A model generated the notes under the pieces. That model was given only the letters and a program-made list of their open reading frames with translations. It was not told the origin of the DNA and made no database searches. From Tubiluchus corallicola (Eukaryota > Animalia > Priapulida), in contig JAQGDQ010000131.1 of assembly GCA_030141605.1 (NCBI GenBank), positions 62,001 to 126,000 on the forward strand: 64,000 nucleotides of DNA. Direction: 5' to 3'. Below, piece by piece: positions 12,724 through 24,865 of this stretch; the first letter of the stretch is position 1, and the number at the start of each line of letters is the position of its first letter. A program made the translations under genes and the position numbers.

Positions 12724-14964
12724 GTGAGTATAAAGTTTTATGACTTGGAATCCTGTAGACTTATAAAAGTTACATCACATACCGTAATCTACGGTTATAT
12801 ACTTGCAGCTTGCTAATCAGCCTGTTGCCTGAATAAAGTTTCACGTTTTATTTGCTTTGAATAATAGATGAATTGCATGCGTTTTTAGCTTGTTAAAGTA
12901 CATAAATCAACAAATAAAAATTATAATGACTGCATGTGTATTAAATTTTATTTTATTATAAAATGCATACGCGATTGAAAAAATGCAAATACTTGTAATG
13001 TTGTTTCTTGGTATATATATGCATACCATATCAACAAAAAAGTTTGTCTCAAATTTTGTGGTTGCATGTGTTTTACTCTTCTCTCTCTGCCTGTCCAAAA
13101 TCCCCCAACTACAGAAACTAATATATATTATCACTGATATATATTATTGATGATTTAATATAGAATGTACTGTAGAATGGCTTAACTCTCGTTCTTCCAT
13201 AATTATTTTTTATTATCGGTGATTATAATTCACTTGGATCTCCTTTTAGGACAGTTATTGTTAAAAAAAATTGTTGGACATGTGGTTTGAGTATTTTCTT
13301 ACACATTGAATAATCATAAGTTCCTGGGATATTTTTTCTGAATGGGACCCTGAAGTGACAAACTGCGATATGTATCCATCCTTGCACAATGAGCTAAATA
13401 TAGCTGGAGGCTATAAGGTAGAGTCCAGAAACAGGTTTCCAGGCGATTATCCCTTCAGTTACACTCCATCCTGGATATTGCCTAACTTTGTAGCCAAGCA
13501 CATACGTACTATAACCACTCTGCTGATTATTCTCAGCTAATTTAAGTTATGATATTACATTTTAAATGGGAGGCCATTAAAATGGACTCGGACTCACGAC
13601 CTCTGACGATGTTGTGTGACGTGTTTTATCATTGTACAACTGTACACGTGTCTTTTTTCTGAAATAAACTTTACTTACTAAATAAGCCTGTTGAATGCGA
13701 TTCACTGCTACTCTGTGCTACTAAGTCTTGTTTTTCTGAGTTTCTGTGTCGCTTAATCACCTTTGTACGACAATTGCGTGGTGGCGATTGGTGTATCACT
13801 GATATTATTCTGTCCATCTGATGTTTATTTAGATTATTAACAATATGTTATTACGACAACATTTTGTTAACCCAGAGCACATTGTTGTTATATTTTTACT
13901 GGATGACCTAACGTTAGATAATCTGTTACGTTATGTTTTATGATTGATACCAGATAGTCACTTAGAAAAATCTGTCGCCTCCATTTCTACCATTGCCTTT
14001 CTGTTTAGATGATTACTTTTCTATGATCGCGTGCTGCAACTATTTTTACAAACTATTTCCATACAGATTATTTAGAAGTTACTCTGTTATGACCTATGTT
14101 TATGATGCATGCAGCTTCAGCTTGTAAAGATATAATAGTTCCACCTGTATTGACAATAGTTACTGGAGTGCTTAGGCCCATTAAACAGCAAATGCGCATG
14201 TGTTCAATACTGGAGGATCTCTTTCATTCAGTAGCACCATACCGGGTAAATGGCAGTAGTGGCGTCACGATTTCCTGAATGCTTTTGCTGCCCTGCTGGT
14301 AGTTAAACACGTGAGTTGTTGTATGACTAATCGTCCCTGGGAAATTTGGAATCGTCCATTCAGTTGGCGATGCGTCTACACGTGGCCGGGTTTTCACACA
14401 AGAAAACATTTTGCCGTTCGCTTTGTGATTGTGAACTGAGAAGCGTAATACTGTAAAGTGCAGTATTACTTATGAAGTTAGCCGAAACTTCTTCCAGTAC
14501 ATCTGCGTTTAATGAAGTTTTTAGATTTTCTGTATCTATCAGTTGTCGTGAAGAAGAATAAAGCAGCTGAACCATGTAACTGAAGATATTTTAAAGCACT
14601 AATTCTTGGTACGAAGTCACTAATTACTAATAAAGTAATATGTACTAACTACTATACAGTATAAACTTTGCGATTATTTTCTAATCGTAGACTGTACTGT
14701 ATAATATACAGTAAAAATAACTAGTTATGGTGTTGTAGCTAGCGAATTCAGATTGAATGTGAAGCGTAATTTTTTCATGGAATGTTGTGCATTAGTTCCT
14801 AGAAAAAATGATTAATTAAATGTATCCAAATATACTGCATAAAATGGTTTTATTCGATAATTGGACAATAGAGTTTTAAAAAAAATCACTTCTTGTGTGC
14901 TATTTCTTATTACCACTGTCTGCATTTTATTTATTTTTTGTCCAGAACTAATATACCCCTAAGG

Positions 14965-17900
14965 ATGGCTAGTTTTTCGGATTCGCAAAAAACGAATCCG
15001 CCTTTGTCACAGGACACCTTCAGGTTTTTCCAGGAGTGGGCAAATTTTTATCCTGAGCCGCCTGAAGATCAGTAAGTTTCGTTGACCTATGCAGTTTTCA
15101 AATTTTGGTGTGGAAATTAAGATTGTGTTAAATTTTAATTAACATGAAGTTGTAGACAAAATAACAAAATTTTGTAATAGTGTTAGTTGCAACCTAAATG
15201 ATTAGATTTTGTACCCTTAGATTCATTTACATATGGCATTGCCATAAATTCAATATAAGTTAATTATAACATGATTGACGTCACCATCAAATACTGAAAT
15301 CCACTGCCTTGAATAATTGCAACAAGGGTGTGGCACCTATTCATTTACCATCTTTCTCTCTTTTGTAAAGGTCATTTACAAATGTAAGAACGGATCTGGA
15401 ATATAAATATGGTGATGCTGAATGTGATATGAGTGTGCAAGTGGATCGCTACCAGATTGCATCACAAGAAGGCAAAGACCCAATGCTTTCTGCCGGGGAC
15501 AGCAACCAACAAGAAAGTATAAGGGACCTGGTAAGTAGTAGTAGTAGATTATTAATTATTTTCAAAAGTAGTTAAATTACTTGAAGTGTTACATGAATTT
15601 ATCTTAAATTTCCCCTTGTTTTTAATTGTTAGAATTTTGCCATCTTTAGCTCCATTTATAAAACACATCTGCTTCAAAATGTTTGTGTAAAAATCTTTGC
15701 TAACACTGCAAGTAATATGTAAACTAGATTGTTATTTTTTGATGATCGAAAGTGTTGTTTGATTGGCTATGAGCAAAAATGGTTGCACTTTATTGCACTT
15801 CAAAACTCTGCACATCTTCTTGTTATTTTTTAATTCATTCAAGCTTAAACATTTTTGTAAACCACCCCGTGTTTTAGCTGCTGCTTTTTAAAATCACATG
15901 TTTGTAAAATTATTCAGCCAGTGGTTCAGTAAATATTCAAATCTAGGCCTGCATTGTTCAACATGTTTGTGAGAATTTTTTTTTCGTTACCAACCAAATA
16001 AATAAATAAACTATTATTCACAAGAGTGTCAAATATTCCATTTTTAAGTGATAATTATAGCTCATTACAATTCCTTAACAGTAGTATAACTCTTTTGTCA
16101 ATACATTCAGTGATATAGTTATATTTATTTTGTTAAAATCTTGTTATATTTGCATTAGGAAAGGTAGTTCTAAATAAAACAAGAGATCATAATATAAAAC
16201 ATACATTTGCCAGGCAACACAAGAATTACTTAGGTGTTAACAAAGTCATATCAGGAGTGGTATTTCAGGACTGCAATAATAATTTTAAAAACTAATCATT
16301 TCCACTACAATTATTTAGATATTTATTCATTAGTAATAAAATGCTTGTGCTTTTTGTATCAGTACAGTAATTGCTTCTCACTATATAGTATTAATGAGCT
16401 GTGGCTGCTAGGTTAACCAGTTAAAAGCCTTCAGTTGAATAGGTAATAGGCATATTGCTAAATAATCCAGCCAGTAAACCTTGTTATTAGTTAAGTGGTA
16501 TTTTTCTAAAATTGCCCACCCATTCTCCAGCAAGCCACTCCTGTTAGAGTTAGTAACATTTTAAACGAGGAACCTAGTAAATCATGTTACCATAAAAATT
16601 ATTGCTGACATATTTGTTGTGATTTTGGAATTAAATTTTCATGTTTTTTCTGGAAATTGTGGTTTACTTCTTACCAATACTATGATAGCCGTTCATTTGC
16701 CGGAAATAGAAGAAACAGGGGCGTGATTTTTGAATAATTAGTAATGGCAAGCTGCCCATATTCTAGGAAAACCGTAAGCGTAAACTACGTTTTTCCTTTG
16801 CAAAAACATTCGGTAAAGACGTGTTCGAACACGTCTTGCACTGGGTTGTACTGTATATAGATTTTCGTGGAAAACTCAACTGCACTTGTATTAAATACAC
16901 ACTGGCTTGTGAGTGGCGTTTAGTTGTTTAAACTTAGTGCATAACAACGTAGTGTCTAGACTTGTCAGCGATGTTGAAGAAGCGTTTTAGATGTGGAAAG
17001 TGTGGATTCAAAAGAGTGGTGAGAATTTCTGACGGGAATTGTGGGATTGCATCTTTGTCGTCGTGCGGCTCATGTCTGCATAATTATTTAATTTTTTTAA
17101 TAAGTTGTTAGCGATTCAGTTTTTGCGAGGTTGCGTGATTAATGGGATATTTAGTAGCGAATTAAAATTTATGTAATTTTCTGCATACGTAGAAATGATT
17201 TTTGTATTTGTTCGAGAAAAGTTTGATTTTAATGAGCTCATCTACTGCTAACTGAGAGAATTTAGCTTTCAAAATTAAATTGGCAGTTTGGCACCTCATA
17301 TGTACATACATTTCAAGTGTAATCAGAGTTCACCAGTCAGTAGTCAGCTTCCAAGGAACTAAATTGCAGTGACCCGTTTCATCCCTCATAATTGCGAGCG
17401 GTAACCGTTGCCATTAGTTACCACCGATATCTTGTCCTAATTTCTTTGGCTACTGTTGACAACTTGCTTTCATTTATGCAGACGTGACCGAACAGGAACG
17501 TTTAACACAAATCATGAGTGACCTTGAGATGTCATATTAAGCGAGCCGGACAGCCAAGAAGCATAATACTTGGTGTAAAACAATTTTAATCTTACTAGGT
17601 GGGTCGTCTTCTTGAACTGGCTAGCTCAACTGTTGATCAAGTACTATAGAAGCAAAACAATTATAGAATCAGGGTTGTTATGTAGGCAGAAATTACTAAA
17701 CTTTTGTTTTTTACCGTATTCTTCCCAAAAGTAGTCACCACCGTCTTAGCTTAAACGAAAATTTAGCAAAAAAAACTTCACCGTATTTTAGAACACTTTA
17801 TTTACCGTGTTTAAAACACGGAATTTTTTTCAAAGTTGACTGATATTAACTGGCTAATCTACGGTAAATGCATAATTATTATATTTCTGAGTAATTGGAT

Positions 17901-20900
17901 AAGTTTACTTATCGAACCGCGTAGCAGAAAGATAGAAATGTGTGGAGCAAACTACGGTTTCCTCAACTTGGCAACACGCCGGTAGCTCGTGTTATGAGTC
18001 AGAAAAAGCGTTATTGATTGGGCGGGCTATCAGTCGCTCTTCCGTTGCTCGCTGTCTTGGCTTAATATATACGTGTTTATGGTAGCAGGGAAGACTAGCA
18101 GAGCGCAACACGCGGTTCATGCTGAATCTTGTCCTGTAGTTAATGTGTCTATGAGGCGGCGAGCTTCTGCGCAGGCGTGAGGCTATTTGCCAAAAGTTTC
18201 ATCATTGCTAATCTTGCTATTATTATAACAAGGGACTTTTAGATGTGCTTAGAGTCGGAGAACTTATTTTAGATGATTAGCAGTTATTTGACTGGTGACG
18301 CTATATTAGACTTTGTAGTAAGATGATGGACAAACTTTGGGTATAAACTTTTAATTAAGTGACTTTTTTAAAAATGTCGTTGCAAGTATAGAGCTTGTGT
18401 ATTTTTTAATTTTTTATATGTAGTGATACTTTTTTGATTTGTCTATATTTTTATAATTTCCATGTTTATCAACTGGCAGGTTTTCATACTTATGTCGTCG
18501 TTTTAGAATTTGTTTTGTTTATGCTAGAACGTATGGTCAGGATAATTTATGCAAAATGATTAAGCTAAAATGGTGTTAAAAATTGTACATAAAGACAAAT
18601 TATATTGTTATTGTATATACTATTCATTGGCATTTTACTAAACTAAAACAGGCATTGACATAATTGTCTTCACAGTATTGGAAAATTAGCAATGACAAAA
18701 TTTATTTTGCAGCTTGACCATATTCCTGATCTAAACTTGCCACCAGGTGAATTATTCTCAGTTGACAATCCGGGCATGGGCACTGAAGAGGGATTACCCG
18801 ATGCTTCCCTTAATCAGGTGAGTTTATCTATACTACATTAATAATAATAATAATAATAAGCTTTCAGATTGCTCCATAAATGTATGTTTATATTTGTTTA
18901 TATACGTTAAATAAATAAACAAAATACACATGGATAAACTGTAATGATTTTGTGTGTCTGTGTTATGTATAGATTTGCTTTTAAACCTTTATATTTTTGA
19001 TGATGGCTATAATGCTTAAGGGCCTCAAATAAAGTGAAGTTATAGAGTCAGTAAGATGTCTTTATCATTGGTGAAAAACAGCCAGTTTTGTAAAATGTGA
19101 TTTACTATTTAAAATTTTAACATGTTAGGTTAGTTATTAATTTTGGTCTTTTATGCTTCACTGCAGGGGCAAATCATCATTCCAAATGCGTATGGAAATC
19201 AGTCATACATGTCAGCTATGTTTCCTGGACCTACTCAAAGTGTCATTCCATCAAAGTAAGTACATTTGTTTAATGTAATTGCACTTGTCACTTTAGCATT
19301 TGTGTACTGAAAATATATTACCTCGTAAATAGCTATATTTAATGTTTCAAAATTTTCCAATGAATTTGTTTTGTTATATTTTATGGTTTTTGAGGGACGA
19401 TACAGTTGTATGCAAGCTAAGTGCCTCATGACCGGCTTGCGTCTAACAACTAAAATTTTTCTTTATATTACATGGTTATCTTGCTTTTCTTGAATACAAG
19501 CTGTCTTCTGGCAATATAATTCACTAAAAGACTTTTCTATCCTGTGTATTGTGCACATGAGTAAAAGTTTTATTTGCTATTTTTCAGTGTTGTATATCCC
19601 GGTGAATACAGGTTTAATGTTACCTGCGGAAAGCCTGCTAAGAGCAAATCTGCCAGTTGGACAGTAAGTAAAAGAATTCAGTTCCCAAATATATGTGTGT
19701 AACTTTGTTTAACTCTGCACTTCTGACAAATTGTTTACTGAACATTGCCACTTTGTTTCTGTCTCAGTGCTACCACGTTAAATTCTACTAACCAACGAGT
19801 GCAATATAACAGTGACATAAAAATAAAGGGCTGAGAAAGATTCTTATTTGTCAAGTAAAATTAGGTGTGATTAATTCAACTGTAATTCAACTTGATGCTC
19901 CGAGTAATAACCCATTTAGGCTATCATGCATCCCCGATGATATAAACACTCATGAATGACAGCTGTGAACAACACTGATGAAATTCAACTTGCATGAAAT
20001 GCTTCCCCGATGCCTTTTTCTTACTGAGTTTTATTCAGTCAGAGGCCGTCGCAGAGCTTTGTTTTCCAATGGAAAATCCCAATGGTTTAAAGACAACACT
20101 CATCTGGGATGTGTGGCATTCAAGAATGTACACTGCTCTGTATTTTCTGATTTTTTTACCATTAAATGTGCTTTACATGTAGTTCTGATGAGCATCCTTG
20201 TCTTTTGTTAAATTCCTTGTTGAACTGACATTATTAGACCTACCACAATAAATGTTGTTGAAAGAACAAATTGTGTAGTTGAGGAAAAACTATCTTTAAG
20301 CAATGACTTGAGTAAGATTAGTCATTTGATGGTAATAAGCTAGCAGGAGTAGTTAGAGCTATAAATAAAATAATTGCATTAAATAATCTTGATTATTATT
20401 TTCAGTATGACGAGCTTGGGAACAAACTGTATGTGAAGCCACTGACGCCTTGTCCGTTCCTGTTCAGCACAGGAGGAGATCCGCCGGAGGGATGCACTAT
20501 ACGAGCGATGGCCATTTATCTGAAACCAGAGCATGTGCTAGAAATCGTGAAGCGTTGTCCGAATCATGCCAGTACTAAAGAAGCTATAGGTAGCCTGTTA
20601 AACTTTACTGTTAATAATTTTGATGTAATCATTGGTCATTTATTATGACTGCATTAGGGTTGGATATACAGTAGGCACCGCTTAATATAGTCACTTTGGG
20701 ATGGAAGTGTCTTGACGTAATTAACCGCCTGAATCTATTAGCTAACAGGTGTAGTATTACTAGTATAGAAGTATGAATCATCGCTATCACCCCTCAGCTT
20801 AGTATGCGCTAGAAAGGCTGCAAGAGCTTCAAATGTTAGATGCTTACGCTTATGCTCTATTTTTCAAAATTAGCTCTATTATCTCTTATTTGCTGTATGA

Positions 20901-23900
20901 TGCTTACGCTTGTAAAATCGCAAAAAATACTGACCAGTTGGTGTCACTGCATTGGTGGCATAACAGCAACAGTTAATTGATTAAATGTTCAGTGAGGAAC
21001 AGCAAGATTTTCAAAACGATACCGCTAGGCATGTAATCAAAAGTTTAGCTTCCATAAATCCTTGCACAACAATGTTAATTGCAGCAGACGAGCAGTGACA
21101 GATTCGAAGCAAAAACACTAGTATAGCATATCAGTGCATGATAAACATACTTAACACGTGCTCCTTCTTGCATTATAGTGTATAAAAACAAAGTAAATGT
21201 GACATAAAAGCTCTTAGGTCACAAACACGAGTCTAATAGGAGTTACCCATAACAGATTTTTATGAACCAATTAGGTGACGGATTCTAAAGTGGAGTTGAT
21301 TAGGGGCATAAGGAGCTATTGGTTGTCTAGACTAAAAAAGTTAACAATTGTAGTTTTATACTCTGAACTGTCAGCCTAGGCTGATATAACTTCTTGATAC
21401 ACCCCTGGGTAAAAACAAGTTATTTTGCACACAGACTTCAGGTAAGTGTTAGTAGCTTCCTAATGACCTGTTTTGAATGGTGTTTTACTTTCACAGAGCA
21501 TGTTGCCCCACATCACCTCGTCCGCTGCGATAACCCAAATTCCACATATGATGATGGGACGATCAATGCGAGACATACTAATCGACACAGCGTCGTTATT
21601 CCGTACGAGGTCCCGCAGGCGGGTACCCCATATGTGCAGCATCTGTATCGATTCATGTGCTACAATTCCTGCGTGGGAGGTCTAAACAGACGGCCAATTC
21701 AGCTTATATTTACGTTAGAACATGGGTAAGAGAAGCTTGATTGTTATTCAGTCAGTGGGCATTTGGAGCATTGTTGTAGAAGAGTAACTTTATTTTGTCA
21801 TTTGGCTAAACTTCACTAAAGCGATCTTAAATCTGTACTCCTTGTGATTGAGTATGTCTCATGTAGCAGGTGCTTGTAGTGCTTTGTCTGTCTTATTAGT
21901 CACCAATTGGGCACAATATTGTACTGCTATTAAATGTGATTACAGTTTTTATTTGTTATTTGACTTAAAAGTTAGTGAACTTTTAACTACTGTATTTTTG
22001 TTCACTTAATTTGCTCAAAAGTGCTCAAAAAACTTCCAAATGGCAACAGAACAAATACCATGGTAGTAACAGTAATTTACTTTTTTAACTTGAACCCTGG
22101 AAAACAATTCAAGCAAGTGCTTTTTGTTTACAAAACACCATGTTCTTATCTTTGGGTTACTCACTCATGAAATAACTCAAAAAAGCAGTCCGGCTGTGAA
22201 TGCCGGTCTCATTCTTGTTTATGTTCATGTAATAAGTTGCTAGCTAGTTTTGGATTATGTCACAATAACTTCTAAGTGACACAGAAGAAACTCAATAAGA
22301 AAGTATTCCAGTATTCCATTCTGGACTAGTTAAAATTAAAACAAAAAATGTATGGCAGCTTTGCTTAATTATAGTGATAATTTTTAGAGATGAGGTGCTT
22401 GGTAGGAAAGCTATTGAGGTGAGGATATGTGCTTGTCCTGGAAGAGACAGGAAAGCTGTAGAGAAAAATGTACCTGATCGTCGTGGTGGAAAAAGGCCTA
22501 AAACTGCGGTCCACATGACTGAGGTGACTTCAGTTTCCAAAAAGCCACGCACGGCTGATAAAGAAATATTTACTCTTCAGGTAGTTTAATATACGTAATT
22601 TAAATTGAAAGCTTTATTTTCTTTGCTATTGCTTTTGGCATATTAATAGAGCGTAGATAGTACGCTGCCTCATTTGCATCAGAGAAAACTTGACATTTCA
22701 ATTAGTACAGTCAACCTTAGTCAACAGTCTAGTTAAAGTCGCATAAAGCATGGCTTAAAATATAAAGTCCACACTTGATTAGTGCTGTATGGAATCTGAG
22801 TATCATACGTGCACTTTTTGCGTATAATTGCAATTATCACTAAAAATCTTACTTATACATGACTCGCCTTTTAAACAAGTGTAAAGGTACGTTCCTATGT
22901 TCTACTGTCCTGTCAATTTTGAACTTGTATTCATTTTTGCTTGTTCTTGTAGGTGGAAGGCCGAGAAAACTATGAATTACTTTTGAAAATTAAGCAGAGC
23001 CTGGAATTATCACAGCTGGTGGACCCTACACAAGTGCAACACTATCAGCAACGACAAGCACAATTACAGAAACAGTAAGTAAAGTACTTCCCGTTCTTTT
23101 CACTTTATAGTGGTGGTGTTTATGTATTCTTGGCTGTGGAGTTAAGCAATGCTGGGTAAGCGAATGTATGACCATACTAATGCCTCATGCCAAGAAGGAT
23201 GTACATTTGTACATGATTAAGGCATCTCTGCCATTTAATGTCCAATCTTCACTGATTATAATGAGCAATCTTCTAATGTTCAGTGGATTAAACTGATACT
23301 GAACTAGGTTCTGCACCTGCCACCATCTGCATTGAGTTATTCGAGCTACTGGCTGCTGTGTTGAAAATGAAAAATCACATACTTGCTTGCCAGATTCCTA
23401 AGATGACTCAGCACTAGGGTGTGTCAGGCTTATTTCTGTGTGTTACAACTTTATGTCATCCTTCAGCAAAGTAGACCGTCAATCCTAGCACTGGCAAAAC
23501 TAATTTATAGATTACAGTTTCATGTTTTGAACAAATGATGTTAACTTTATTAAAGTTAAGTGTTTTGAACAAACAATGTTAGCTTTATTAATATCTTTAT
23601 TATTATTATTAATAGATAAACAAATGTGCTAGTACAAAATGCTACAATTAAATAGCATTTAAGAATAAGTATTTTTAAACTATGTTTCCCTACCAAACAG
23701 CTGGCATGACCCTTAAAATAGCAGAACATGATCACTAGTGCACCTCACAAACAAACTGAGCTAAATAATTCCGAATGGTGATTGACAAGGGATGAAAATA
23801 CATTGACAAGTTGATAGTGTATGCAAAATTGCACATACAGGATGTCAGTGAAATTAGTGAAAGAGTAATCAGTTAAATGGCGTGTCTGTTTCCGATGCAC

Positions 23901-24797
23901 ATCTGTGAGTTAAAAACCTTCTTTTAGTGTATTTGTGTTTTGTACAGTGAAAATTCACCCTTACATTAGACTTCGATCTGAAGGCTTTTACTTCCTTAGA
24001 AGGCGCTGTATATTTAACTCTGAGTATGCACTAAGTGTTTTTTATAGCAAGTGCACAGCTTGTAGCTTAATGCACTTTACTGTTTGCACAGTCCTGATAA
24101 TAAATTCGTATAAGCGGCTATTATATAGTCATAGTTGATCTGATATAAAATGTTTTCTACTTGAGGTTTCAAATAGTGTGTAGCCTTTCACTTGTAAAAA
24201 TCAGATTTTGGTTCTTCTCGAGCTTTAATGTGCTGTGCCGTATTGCAAAATTTATCTTTTCAGTTTGTACAATTGTATATCATAAAACCTCTTTCTTGTG
24301 GGTGGAAGTCAGTTAAAACTGCATAGCAGACATTTAACAAACCGTCATAATTATTATAGTATCACAAATAGTATTGCCAGCACGTTTACTGAATCTTTAA
24401 TTTAAGTTTTGTTTATTAAATGAGCCTTCTGCACCTTGTAACAGGCTATAAGCTTTTAAAAAGTCACTATAATTTGCAAGCAGTTCAATGGTGTTAACTA
24501 CCGTGTGTTTCTAAGCTCTTCTGACCTAGCCAATTTGCTAAATTTGTTGTTCAGTTCGCTGAGTATCATCATAATAAAAATTTAAGATTGTAACAGCGTA
24601 TGCTTGGCTAAATAAATTAGTGCACTGAACCTTGTACATAACTGGATTTGTCACCCTTAGGAAAGCTGCTCCTCTTAGAGATTTAATCTGCTATACTTCC
24701 TTTGGTTATTTATTTCATGGAGAGAGAGAAACACAGAGATTAGCATGCAGCACTTACACCATGAGTTTTCAGTCAGTAGGGGAGGGAGGGAGGGAGA

Positions 24798-24865
<68 letters not shown>

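Noticed and set aside
13270-13680. Possible old LINE 3' end or LTR in intron 1
   Set aside because: It ends in aataaa plus (ttac)n and has faint RT-tail-like residues, but no diagnostic motif; left unannotated.
14096-14575. Antisense ORFs in p53-family intron 1 as a WRAP53/WRAP73-like gene
   Set aside because: No WD40-like or otherwise recognisable sequence and no coherent exon chain.
18115-18134. Second p53 response element (GTTCATGCTG AATCTTGTCC)
   Set aside because: Four mismatches to consensus; this level of match is expected by chance.
19930-19982. C/D-box snoRNA-like motifs (gatgata..ctga)
   Set aside because: Too short, imperfect C box, and no convincing terminal stem or guide.
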